DNA of 51,277 nt, taken from contig JAGVNY010000113.1 in the NCBI GenBank assembly GCA_020053015.1, positions 1 through 51,277 of the forward strand, read 5' to 3'. Below the pieces are notes generated by a model. That model was not told the DNA's origin. It did no database searches and was given only the letters and a program-made list of their open reading frames with translations. Positions 9,431 to 17,579 of this stretch are shown in pieces (within the stretch, counting starts at the first letter, position 1; each line of letters opens with the position of its first letter). The translations under genes and the position numbers were made by a program. Source of the stretch: Candidatus Zixiibacteriota bacterium (GTDB lineage Bacteria > Zixibacteria > MSB-5A5 > JAABVY01 > JAHJOQ01).

Positions 9431-9532
9431 TTCGCGCCTTCGGCGCGTGTCGGGAGCGCAGGGCTCCCGACCTACGGCCACTGGGTTCCGGCTGGAGTCT
9501 ACCCCGCACTCGATGCGGGGCCGGAATGACAT
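9431..9532 (-). repeat. REP-like composite repeat with a GTAG-headed 27-nt palindrome plus the GTCATTCCGGC module
   Basis: The reverse complement reads atgtcattccggccccgcatcgagtgcggggtagactccagccggaacccagtggcc GTAGGTCGGGAGCCCTGCGCTCCCGAC acgcgccgaaggcgcgaa. It is near-identical in modules to 23527-23580 and 23635-23679. Confidence 0.8.
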
Positions 9533-9632
9533 GAAGAAAGCCAACTCTTTCTCGCTCCGGATGGAGCGTCCGCCGAGCACGAACATTGCACTTGCTCGAA
9601 TGCTCCTCGAACGCTAATATGCCGTTCATAAG

Positions 9633-10301
9633 ATGCGATACAAATATTTCGACATTATCCTCGGTCTCTTCGTCGGCGTTCTGCTGATATCCAATGTAGC
9701 GTCGACCAAAATCGTGCAGATCGGTCCGTTTTCGTTCGATGGTGGCACAATTCTCTTTCCGCTGGCGTATATCTTCGGTGATATACTGACCGAAGTCTAC
9801 GGCTACAGAATGTCGCGCAGAGTGATCTGGACAGGCTTTGCATCGGCGCTCATCATGTCCATTGTGTTCATCATCGTCGGCAAGCTGCCTTCGGCCCCAG
9901 ACTGGAACAACCAAGCTGCGTATGATCAGATTCTCGGCCTGACTCCGAGGCTCGTGGTTGCTTCGCTGCTGGCTTACCTTGCCGGGGAGTTTTCGAACTC
10001 TTATACGCTTGCCAGGATGAAGGTCTCCACAAACGGCAGATGGCTTTGGTTGCGCACAATTGGTTCGACGCTTATCGGCGAGGGTGTCGACACGATGATA
10101 TTCGTGCTTGTGGCATTCTGGGGAATACTGCCGCGAGACCTGCTGATTGCGGTGATCGTGTCAAACTACGTCTTCAAAGTCGGAGTCGAAGTGTTGGCAA
10201 CTCCATTGACTTACTCGGCAGTTCGCTTCCTGAAGAGATCGGAAGGTGTCGACGCCTTCGACCGAGGAATCAACTTCAATCCGTTCTCGCTGCGCGGGTG
10301 A
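9633..10301 (+). CDS. yhhQ: Queuosine-precursor transporter, YhhQ/VUT (DUF165) family
   Basis: LLISNVASTKIVQIGPFSFDGGTILFPLAYIFGDILTEVYGYRMSRRVIWTGF is typical of the YhhQ family. It is a 222-aa polytopic membrane protein. Confidence 0.85.
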   Translation: MRYKYFDIILGLFVGVLLISNVASTKIVQIGPFSFDGGTILFPLAYIFGDILTEVYGYRMSRRVIWTGFASALIMSIVFIIVGKLPSAPDWNNQAAYDQILGLTPRLVVASLLAYLAGEFSNSYTLARMKVSTNGRWLWLRTIGSTLIGEGVDTMIFVLVAFWGILPRDLLIAVIVSNYVFKVGVEVLATPLTYSAVRFLKRSEGVDAFDRGINFNPFSLRG

Positions 10302-10361
10302 CCGGCTAACGCTAAGTCGATATTCCGTTTCATCGCTCTGGCGATGTCGCGAGGCGCCAGG

Positions 10362-12185
10362 TTAGATCATTGCCTCGTCAAAGAGCGGTTCCAGACTGCC
10401 CGGCCGATTTCGTAGTCGCTCGATCATGAGCGTTATCGTCACAACGCTTTCGAGCATTTCACGCGTGCAGACGCCGCGGCTTGCAAGCAGTCTTCGTAAG
10501 GCATCAAGATCGAAGTATTGCTCATAAGGGGATTGAGCCTCAATCTGTCTCCTCAGGCACTTCGCCAGATTCGAGTCAGGCTCGAGTGACACAGGGGGGC
10601 GCAAGACTCTTTTGATTGCGGTCAACAGCTTCGCATTGCGCGCCAGAGCGGAGACTGTTTCCATCTTCAGTCTGTACAAAGGAGACGTTATCGCACTACC
10701 TCGATTGGCGTCGACGATTTCGGCGACTTCCCTTGAGATCATGCGAAGGAAGCTCCGGTAAAGCCCGTGTCCTCTCTTGATGCCATCCGGGCAGGAGATT
10801 GAGAGCCTAAAGAATGGCAGGCTGTAGAATGGAGTACAACTCCAGAACACGATCCGGTTTCTGTCTTCCCCTTCGAAAAGCCACTTCATACCGCGCTCCT
10901 GAATGAGGAACCTTGCGTATTTCTCGGAAAGCGAGCATTCGGGGTACTTTTCAATCACTGCCGCTACACCGTCCAGAAGTTCGTCCTTCGTGAGTCGGCA
11001 CATCATAGCAACTATTGCGAGCGGGATGACCGCGTTCCTCTCCACGATATACTTCGCAAGATCTCTGACTGAACTGAAGCTCCGAGATGGAACCAGCCTC
11101 GGCAGCAGTTTGTCGCCTCCGTCGCCAGAGAAGTACAGAGTGTTCGATCCGTAGACCCCCTCCAGTATCTGCATAAACGGAACATCATATGCCATGCCAA
11201 TGCTGATGATCCCGCATTTCTGCCTAAGAACCGAGCTCGCATACTCTCCAGTGTAAGCGGGCAGATCAATTAGCTTCCACTTGACCCCGAGCGCCGCAGC
11301 GATCTTTTCTGCTACGGCGACATCACGCTCGTTGGCGCCCTGAAAAGTCCGGAAGGTTGCCACTTCGAAACCTGTACCTGCCTTCTTCAGTCCTGCTCCG
11401 ACTGCTCGAGAATCGAGACCACCACTTAAGGACAGAATGTTGTTACAATCTGACTGAGACATTTTGCGACAAGTATCAACAAAGATACTCGACATGGTTT
11501 CGCTATAGTCTGTCTCGCGAGGCTTGGTGTTCTTCTCCTCCAGATTATAATCCCAAATCCTCGATTCCTGAAAAAACTGCCCGGGAAAACCGAATCTCAG
11601 CAGCGTGGCGTGGCGCAGCCTACGAACGTTGCCAAAGGGAGTCCTGTCACTCAGACAGAATCCGAAAAGAAGGTATTCAGCTAATGCAATGTTCTCGATA
11701 TCGGAATTCACCAGATTCGAGAGAACGAAACCGATCTCGCGCGAAACCGCGTATGTTTCACGGTTGCGGGCAATGTACACAGGCAGCCGCCCGAGACAGT
11801 CATTGAGTACGGCCACTCTCCCGTTCGTTGAATCCACAAAGACCACAACATAGTCTCCGTCGTGATTCTCAATCCACTTTGACACAGCTTCGTGCTGGTC
11901 GAAGCGATCTCGCATGACCACAGATTCGAGATCGCGCAGATCGCGCTGCAGAAGTTCTTTGTTGAATCCGTAGACGCGACCTTCTAACAGCCCCTTGCAC
12001 CGTTCCAGGTTTATAGTCTCCACGGGATAAGCCGGGTATTTCGTCACCCCGACTACGACTCTGTTCGAGACGTTCATCAATTCAGAAACGTAATTGTGAT
12101 TGTGCAGGAGTGTACCCAGGGCATGCTGCACCGTTTCCGGTGACGGCGCCTGAGTTTTAGAAACAACTATGCTGAAGCCGGGCAA
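10362..12185 (-). CDS. Asparagine-synthetase-like PP-loop ATP-pyrophosphatase lacking the N-terminal nucleophile Cys
   Basis: It has the SGGxDS PP-loop (LSLSGGLDSRAVGAGL) and an AsnB-type N-domain remnant (DGDYVVVFVDSTNGRVAVLNDCLGRLPVYIA). The N-terminus reads M-P-G-F from a TTG start, not M-C-G-I. Confidence 0.75.
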   Translation of the reverse strand: MPGFSIVVSKTQAPSPETVQHALGTLLHNHNYVSELMNVSNRVVVGVTKYPAYPVETINLERCKGLLEGRVYGFNKELLQRDLRDLESVVMRDRFDQHEAVSKWIENHDGDYVVVFVDSTNGRVAVLNDCLGRLPVYIARNRETYAVSREIGFVLSNLVNSDIENIALAEYLLFGFCLSDRTPFGNVRRLRHATLLRFGFPGQFFQESRIWDYNLEEKNTKPRETDYSETMSSIFVDTCRKMSQSDCNNILSLSGGLDSRAVGAGLKKAGTGFEVATFRTFQGANERDVAVAEKIAAALGVKWKLIDLPAYTGEYASSVLRQKCGIISIGMAYDVPFMQILEGVYGSNTLYFSGDGGDKLLPRLVPSRSFSSVRDLAKYIVERNAVIPLAIVAMMCRLTKDELLDGVAAVIEKYPECSLSEKYARFLIQERGMKWLFEGEDRNRIVFWSCTPFYSLPFFRLSISCPDGIKRGHGLYRSFLRMISREVAEIVDANRGSAITSPLYRLKMETVSALARNAKLLTAIKRVLRPPVSLEPDSNLAKCLRRQIEAQSPYEQYFDLDALRRLLASRGVCTREMLESVVTITLMIERLRNRPGSLEPLFDEAMI

Positions 12186-12332
12186 TTGATACTCTCACAG
12201 GTCTGTCGAAGGCCAAGGCGTTCAGATGCGAGCCCCCGACGAGCAGAAGACGAAACCGCTCACGCCAATCCACTCAGTGATTGGTTCACGAGCCGGAACG
12301 ATTCAAGACAATATCGTGGGACAACTCCCGAG

Positions 12333-12629
12333 TCAGATTTCCGAAGCCAGCTCGACGATTCTCTTATACGGAATCGCTATCCAGCTCTCGGCTGAGAATG
12401 CGCCGTTGGCCATGCTGATCATCGAGACCTTGGCAGCGGTCTCTTCGTCCGGAGCCTCGTAGATGTCACAGAAATCGTACGATCCGAGCAGGCCGTAGTG
12501 AGCGAGGAACTTCACCTCGGGACATTTCTCCTTCACTTTGTCGAGCCAGGTCTTGCCGATCTTCGCACGCTCTTTCATCTGCGAAGCGACCTCGGGAGAG
12601 AGCTTTGTCATGAGAATGAAAGTCTTCAT
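12333..12629 (-). CDS. GYD-domain protein
   Basis: The 98-aa sequence MKTFILMTKLSPE...FLAHYGLLGSYDFCDIYEAPDEETAAKVS has the typical GYD-family pattern, with SYD in place of GYD. Confidence 0.75.
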   Translation of the reverse strand: MKTFILMTKLSPEVASQMKERAKIGKTWLDKVKEKCPEVKFLAHYGLLGSYDFCDIYEAPDEETAAKVSMISMANGAFSAESWIAIPYKRIVELASEI

Positions 12630-12799
12630 TGAGTGACCTCCGCGCTGATTCAGTCCGAACTTCCTTGCCTATTTATGAGTGACTTACTGCCTAATCAAAT
12701 GTAGTGCCGCGGCGACTTAGTGTGAAGTGATTTCTTTTCCCGAGCTCCGATACCCGAGCAGTTGCCTCGTTCTTAGTCACGTTAAGGATTATCGCGCGT

Positions 12800-13717
12800 A
12801 TGACGACAATACCATTGACACTGATTCTCGGTCAAACAGACAGGACTATCCCTATGCTGGCATTTGTCGGTTTCGGAGTGGTAATCGCAGCGGTCTTGGG
12901 CGGCTTCATTCTGGAGGGCGGGAATCCTCTGGCGCTCAATCAGCCTGCCGAATTCCTGATAATCGGCGGAGCCGCATCAGGAATGATCTTGATCGGCACT
13001 CCTATGAGCACTCTGAAGAAGATGATCAAGCAGGTGACCGGCTTGACAAAATCGGGACCGACCAAGGAAAACTACATCGAGCTCCTGGTTATGATGTACG
13101 AGATATTCAACGTGGCTCGCCGGGATGGCGTGATCGCACTGGAGACGCACATCGAAAACCCGTATGAGAGCGAAATACTCAAGAAATACAAACGATTTCA
13201 GGGTGACTCGTTCGCTGTAGCCTTCTTCTGTGACACGGTTCGAAGCATAACGACCGGCGCCGTGCCGGGCCATGAGCTGGATGAAATCATGGAGCTCGAC
13301 CTTGAGGCCCACCATGGGGAAGCCGAGCGACCCACTTCGATTCTGTCGAAAGTCGGTGATGCGATGCCGGGATTCGGAATCGTGGCGGCTGTGCTCGGTG
13401 TAGTTATCACCATGGGAGCTATCGACGGCCCGCCGGAGGAAATCGGACACAAAGTTGGCGCTGCGCTCGTTGGAACGTTTCTCGGAATCCTTGCCTGTTA
13501 CGGATTCATCCAGCCAGTAGCCATGAACATCGAGCAGAAGAACACGGAAGGTCTGGGCTATTACATGTGCCTCAAACAGGGACTCCTCGGATTCAACCGC
13601 GGATATGTGCCGTCATTTGTCGCGGAATTCGCCCGTAGAAGCATTTCCCCGGAAGTTCGACCTACATTCAAAGAGGTCGAAGATGCCTGCCGTGAGGCCA
13701 AACAAGGCAGCAAGTAG
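12800..13717 (+). CDS. motA: Flagellar-type stator protein MotA (MotA/TolQ/ExbB proton channel)
   Basis: MLAFVGFGVVIAAVLGGFILEGGNPLALNQPAEFLIIGGAASG aligns with the MotA N-terminus, and the C-terminal part has the GFGIVAAVLGVV and ALVGTFLGIL helices. The true start may be the ATG at 12854. Confidence 0.85.
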   Translation: MTTIPLTLILGQTDRTIPMLAFVGFGVVIAAVLGGFILEGGNPLALNQPAEFLIIGGAASGMILIGTPMSTLKKMIKQVTGLTKSGPTKENYIELLVMMYEIFNVARRDGVIALETHIENPYESEILKKYKRFQGDSFAVAFFCDTVRSITTGAVPGHELDEIMELDLEAHHGEAERPTSILSKVGDAMPGFGIVAAVLGVVITMGAIDGPPEEIGHKVGAALVGTFLGILACYGFIQPVAMNIEQKNTEGLGYYMCLKQGLLGFNRGYVPSFVAEFARRSISPEVRPTFKEVEDACREAKQGSK

Positions 13718-13729
13718 CGGCGGTCGGAT

Positions 13730-14584
13730 ATGGTCGATTCTAACCACGATTCCCAACAACAACCAATCATCGTCAAGAAGAAAAAGGGCGGCCATGGCGG
13801 GCACCACGGTGGCTCATGGAAAGTCGCATACGCGGACTTCGTTACCGCTATGATGGCCTTCTTTCTCGTGATGTGGATCGTGGGTCTGTCCCCAGAGGTG
13901 AAGGAAAATGTGGCCGGCTACTTCAGGGACCCGGTAGGATTCACCAAGGGTGGGACGAAGGGCGTTTTGCCGGGGGGAAAAGGTCCCTTTGAGAAGGAGC
14001 CCGGCAACTCGATGCAGAGGAACGATAAACGGCAGCAGAAAGAGGCTGAAGTTTGGCAGAGCCTAAAAGAGGTCGGGAGAAAGATCGGAGAGAAGCTGAG
14101 CAAGATGGAGAGCTTTGCGAAGCTCAAGGATCAGATACAGATCGAGCTCACTGCCGACGGTCTTCGGATTCAGTTGATCGATGAATCCGGCAAAACACCC
14201 TTCTTTGCCAGCGGATCAGCCGAAATGAGTTCTGAAGGAGTGGAGATACTGAAAACCATTTCCTCCGAGATCGGTAAGCTCGGCTACAATGTCGTTGTTG
14301 AGGGGCACACCGATGCCAAAACGTTTCCGGGCGGCACCGCTTACACGAACTGGGAGCTCTCAGCAGACCGCGCAAACACTGCACGCAGAGTCATGTTAGC
14401 AGCAGGCGTGGACGAGAGCAAGATCAAAGAGATTCGCGGATTCGCAGCGAATCAGCCGCGCGTCAAACATGATCCGATCGACCCGAGCAACAGACGCATA
14501 GCGATCATTGTCCTCAACGAATACGCTGCCGGCAATTACGAGGATGTCACGGTTGCACCCGGCAAAGAACTGTCGCTGAAGTAA
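13730..14584 (+). CDS. motB: Flagellar-type stator protein MotB with an OmpA-like peptidoglycan-binding C-terminal domain
   Basis: The TM segment carries the conserved Asp (WKVAYADFVTAMMAFFLVMWIV). The OmpA-like domain reads VVVEGHTDAKTF...NWELSADRANTARRVML. Confidence 0.85.
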   Translation: MVDSNHDSQQQPIIVKKKKGGHGGHHGGSWKVAYADFVTAMMAFFLVMWIVGLSPEVKENVAGYFRDPVGFTKGGTKGVLPGGKGPFEKEPGNSMQRNDKRQQKEAEVWQSLKEVGRKIGEKLSKMESFAKLKDQIQIELTADGLRIQLIDESGKTPFFASGSAEMSSEGVEILKTISSEIGKLGYNVVVEGHTDAKTFPGGTAYTNWELSADRANTARRVMLAAGVDESKIKEIRGFAANQPRVKHDPIDPSNRRIAIIVLNEYAAGNYEDVTVAPGKELSLK

Positions 14585-14690
14585 GAGACTCCGATTCCAA
14601 GCCGTTTCATCTAAACATCTTGCACTTCCCAGCTCCTTCTAATTTTCGTTTGTCCGATCCTCTATAAGCGAGTATATTCATCCGACAAAA

Positions 14691-15260
14691 GTGGTTTGGA
14701 GTGCGGATGGTCCAATGAAAAGAGCTTTGCTTCTGATATTAGTCGCCGGGATTCTGGTCTTCTTGATCTATCTGTTGACCTTCAACGAGGATGAGTCGAA
14801 TGGCCGCACGACTGAAGCAACTGAACCAGACGCAAAGACTGCGGGGCGTGAGCTTTTGAGTGTGGCAGACATCGACCTGAGTGGCAAAAGCGGAAAGATC
14901 ACGGTTCTTGACTTTTGGGCATCATGGTGCGGCCCGTGCAAGCTCCAGATGCCTGTGATGGAACGATTCTACAATAGCCTTGCCGATCCAGAGTGCATCC
15001 AACTGATAGCTGTGAATGTTGGGGAATCTCGTGCCACGGTCGAGAACTTCCTATCCAAGAATCATGTGTCGTACAACGTAGCTCTGGACAAGAGCCGAGA
15101 GCTGGCTGACAAATACCGTGTGACAGCCATACCCACGACCGTCATTTTGGACGCTGGAGGCAAGGCAATTGAGATAAAGCCTGGCTACTTTCCGGACTTG
15201 GACTCATACCTGAAGGGCAAAATCCATCCTCTCGCTCCTGATTGCGTACCACAACCTTGA
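14691..15260 (+). CDS. TlpA/ResA-like membrane-anchored thiol:disulfide oxidoreductase (thioredoxin fold)
   Basis: It has the WASWCGPCK CxxC motif and an N-terminal anchor, MKRALLLILVAGILVFLIYL. An alternative start is the ATG at 14715. Confidence 0.85.
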   Translation: MVWSADGPMKRALLLILVAGILVFLIYLLTFNEDESNGRTTEATEPDAKTAGRELLSVADIDLSGKSGKITVLDFWASWCGPCKLQMPVMERFYNSLADPECIQLIAVNVGESRATVENFLSKNHVSYNVALDKSRELADKYRVTAIPTTVILDAGGKAIEIKPGYFPDLDSYLKGKIHPLAPDCVPQP

Positions 15261-15668
15261 TTCTGCATGCGAGTCGCCCACACGGCCAAATTGCAACCTC
15301 AAATGAAATAACAGCTTGCGAGCTTAACCATCGCACTGAGAGTGGCTGGAGATATGCTCCAACCTCGCGTCAATTCAAGCCAAACTCGCCAGCAGTTCGG
15401 CCCGGGAGCTCCGAGATGGTCAGTTGATGAGATTGGTAACGGCCGGAGCAGCAGCAATTTCGACTCAGAAGACCCACTTCTTGGAACAAACAGACAGTCA
15501 ACCTCGTTCAAACCTAACAAATGTGGTTCCAGATAGGAACTTTCGGGTTGATTTTCGCTTATGATTTACGTAGACTATCTGGGTATATGAAGGCAGTCTT
15601 CTTGAAAACGGAGTTCAAAGACCATAAACAAATAGCCCGTTACATACGGGTTGAAGCAGAGAGCAAAT

Positions 15669-16082
15669 ATGCACATTTCTCGAAAGTCTGACTACGCGCT
15701 GAGGGCGTTGGCGTACATCGCATCTCAGAAAGCGGAGAAGAAGAGCTCGATCTCGGAGATAGCCGAGGCCGAGAGCATTCCCCGCGACTTCCTTGCGAAG
15801 ATTCTCAAAGAGCTGACCAGATCTGGCATTCTGAAATCCTATCAGGGCGTGACGGGCGGGTATCAGCTTGCAAGAACAAAAGACACTATCTCCTTCCTCG
15901 ACGTGATCGAGGCGATGGAGGGCCCGTTGCAGGTCAATCTCTGCGCAGGTATCGAAAACGACTGCGGCTGTTCTCGGTTCAACGGTTGTTCCATGAAGGC
16001 ATTCTGGGATCAGGTGCAGGACGGTCTGGCGAAGACGCTGAAAGACGCAAACTTCGGAGACGGCAAGATAGTCTCGCGCTAG
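15669..16082 (+). CDS. Rrf2-family transcriptional regulator with a Cys cluster
   Basis: MHISRKSDYALRALAYIAS...SISEIAEAESIPRDFLAKILKELTRSGILKSYQGVTGGYQLAR is a canonical Rrf2 wHTH. The Cys-rich segment NLCAGIENDCGCSRFNGC could ligate an Fe-S cluster. The ORF track begins at a TTG at 15651, but the ATG at 15669 fits the family N-terminus. Confidence 0.85.
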   Translation: MHISRKSDYALRALAYIASQKAEKKSSISEIAEAESIPRDFLAKILKELTRSGILKSYQGVTGGYQLARTKDTISFLDVIEAMEGPLQVNLCAGIENDCGCSRFNGCSMKAFWDQVQDGLAKTLKDANFGDGKIVSR

Positions 16083-16188
16083 TAGGAAGCCTCGGCGCTT
16101 CGGATCGCTCGCTTTCGACTGCAGGACGCCCCAGCAATCTTGCTGATTTCACGGTAGAGCCGAGAGAAACTGTGATGGCAGATTTCGC

Positions 16189-16217
16189 TTGTATCGGCAG
16201 TCTATCGAAGTTATCAT
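16189..16217 (+). promoter_or_regulatory. Sigma70-like promoter for tRNA-Ala
   Basis: TTGTAT (16189-16194), a 17-nt spacer, then TATCAT (16212-16217). The -10 ends 10 nt before the tRNA 5' end. Confidence 0.45.
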
Positions 16218-16227
16218 TGGCGAGGCT

Positions 16228-16303
16228 GGGGCAGTAGCTCAGTTGGGAGAGCGGTACGTTCGCAACGTACAGGTCGGCAGTTCGAGCCCGCTCTGCTCCA
16301 CCA
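16228..16303 (+). tRNA. tRNA-Ala (anticodon CGC) with encoded CCA
   Basis: I folded the cloverleaf by hand. The acceptor stem is GGGGCAG/CTGCTCC with the G3:U70 alanine identity pair. The D arm is GCTC-AGTTGGGA-GAGC and the anticodon arm is GTACG-TTCGCAA-CGTAC (CGC). The T loop is TTCGAGC, with one A-C mismatch in the T stem. Discriminator A is followed by CCA, for 76 nt in total. Confidence 0.85.
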
Positions 16304-16375
16304 TACAAGATTCAAGGCCCACATATTGCAGCGGGTGGGGTTCTCTCTTCACGCCAAGGAACTAACATTAAGGCG

Positions 16376-16396
16376 CCCGCCACGCAGGCGCCATGA
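16376..16396. terminator. GC-rich hairpin between tRNA-Ala and the PEP-CTERM gene (possible bidirectional terminator)
   Basis: ggcgcccgccacgcaggcgcc forms an 8-bp stem (including one G-U pair) with a 5-nt loop. On the minus strand it is followed by TTAATGTT, 28 nt after the PEP-CTERM gene stop. Confidence 0.4.
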
Positions 16397-16423
16397 GTTT
16401 GCCACAGGAAGCCTGTAGAGCAG

Positions 16424-17068
16424 CTACTTCGATCTGCGGAGTCTTGCAGCAAGACCAACAAGTCCAAGCCCGAGAAGTCCAACCGTTGTCGGCTCTGGAA
16501 TCACAGTGGTGCCGGTATCCGGACGAAGAATTTTGTAGCCGATGGAGCCATCCGACGGAGCATCGATCGGGTCAGTATCAAAGAAGCCAGCATTCCACGC
16601 AGTATTGAGTCCCTGGCCACCAGCCCGTCCGTCTTTGGCAAAGAAGTCGCCCCACACCGGCGTACGATAGCTGAAGAATGTCCATTCCGTCTGGCCTTCA
16701 TCACCGTAATCGAGTTTGAGACCATTCTCGAAGGGGAACCCGGCCTCAGTCTGCCAGTCGCCAAGTTCGACTGAACCGGTGAATCCCCAGAAATCCCCCA
16801 GCGTGGCATTGGGGGACACTTCGACTATCCAGTGACTCACAGCGCCAGGATCGAGCGGAGAACCATCAGTCTCCGTAAGAAAGTACGAATACTCCCAGTA
16901 TCCGCCGTCCTGAAGCCCCACTTCCCAAGATATCTGGAAATCACTCGCCCAGATGCCAGTCCCAGTCACACCAGAAGGAGTAGAAAGCGAACCATTGTAG
17001 ACGGGAAGCCCGAAAGCTTCAGCGGAGATGAAAACGAGTGCGGAGAGCACTGCAACCATAAGTTTCAT
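16424..17068 (-). CDS. Secreted PEP-CTERM sorting-domain protein
   Basis: The C-terminus VIPEPTTVGLLGLGLVGLAARLRRSK has the PEP motif, a TM helix and a basic tail. The start is set at the ATG at 17068 (MKLMVAVLSALVFISAEAFG signal peptide, preceded by GGAAGGAGA) rather than the ORF-track 17191. Confidence 0.85.
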   Translation of the reverse strand: MKLMVAVLSALVFISAEAFGLPVYNGSLSTPSGVTGTGIWASDFQISWEVGLQDGGYWEYSYFLTETDGSPLDPGAVSHWIVEVSPNATLGDFWGFTGSVELGDWQTEAGFPFENGLKLDYGDEGQTEWTFFSYRTPVWGDFFAKDGRAGGQGLNTAWNAGFFDTDPIDAPSDGSIGYKILRPDTGTTVIPEPTTVGLLGLGLVGLAARLRRSK

Positions 17069-17489
17069 AAGTTTATTCTCCTTCCAAGCAAGTGCGCTAC
17101 ACCCTATGGTTAGTCCAGAACTCACTGGGAGCAATTCCAGTGCCGCATATTCCCCTCTGCGACCACAATCCAGACACAGATCAACTGACATCCGATCAGG
17201 AAACGCCCTAAATCAACATCTCCTAACTCGCTGCAGCTAAATACAATTGCAGTTCAACACCATCGCTTCATGCTCAAACCTCCTGCAGGCTCCCCGGTAT
17301 CTTTGGTTTGCGTGCCGCAATCTAAATCTAATACGACAAGTCAAGCGTTATAGTCGCCGTGTTCACATAAAGTGCAGGGAATTGCAGCCATCGACTTGGG
17401 AGCAACAGCAGCCAGCTCTCCATTCGTGCCAGTGCATCTGCGCAGATGGCTTGGCCGATTATGACTCTCGCCCGTGAGCAATCATTATC

Positions 17490-17518
17490 TTGCCGGTGAG
17501 TCTGAGAAGATGTATATT
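17490..17518 (+). promoter_or_regulatory. Candidate sigma70-like promoter upstream of the SRP RNA
   Basis: TTGCCG (17490-17495), a 17-nt spacer, then TATATT (17513-17518). It would give a leader of about 55 nt containing the hairpin gaccgaat/attcggtc (17534-17558), which implies 5' processing. Confidence 0.3.
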
Positions 17519-17579
17519 CGGATCACTTGACGCGACCGAATGCCTTTGGGATTCGGTCTGAATGACTGATGAGTTTATA

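Noticed and set aside
9533-9632. A preQ1 riboswitch upstream of the YhhQ-type queuosine-precursor transporter
   Set aside because: YhhQ genes are often preQ1-regulated. The 100-nt leader, however, shows only two small generic hairpins (gctcc/ggagc and cgagca/tgctcg). It has no pseudoknot-forming A-rich tail and no conserved preQ1-I or preQ1-II core. A covariance-model scan would settle this.
10362-12332. A lasso-peptide biosynthetic cluster (a Cys-less AsnB homologue as cyclase)
   Set aside because: There is no adjacent transglutaminase-like leader protease, RRE protein, ABC exporter or plausible short precursor ORF in the 147-bp upstream spacer. I kept it only as an unassigned AsnB-like enzyme.
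12700-12760. A sigma28 (FliA) promoter upstream of motA (TCCGATAC resembles the GCCGATAA -10)
   Set aside because: No TAAA-type -35 lies at the required spacing of about 15 nt, and the match is limited to 6 of 8 positions of the -10 element.
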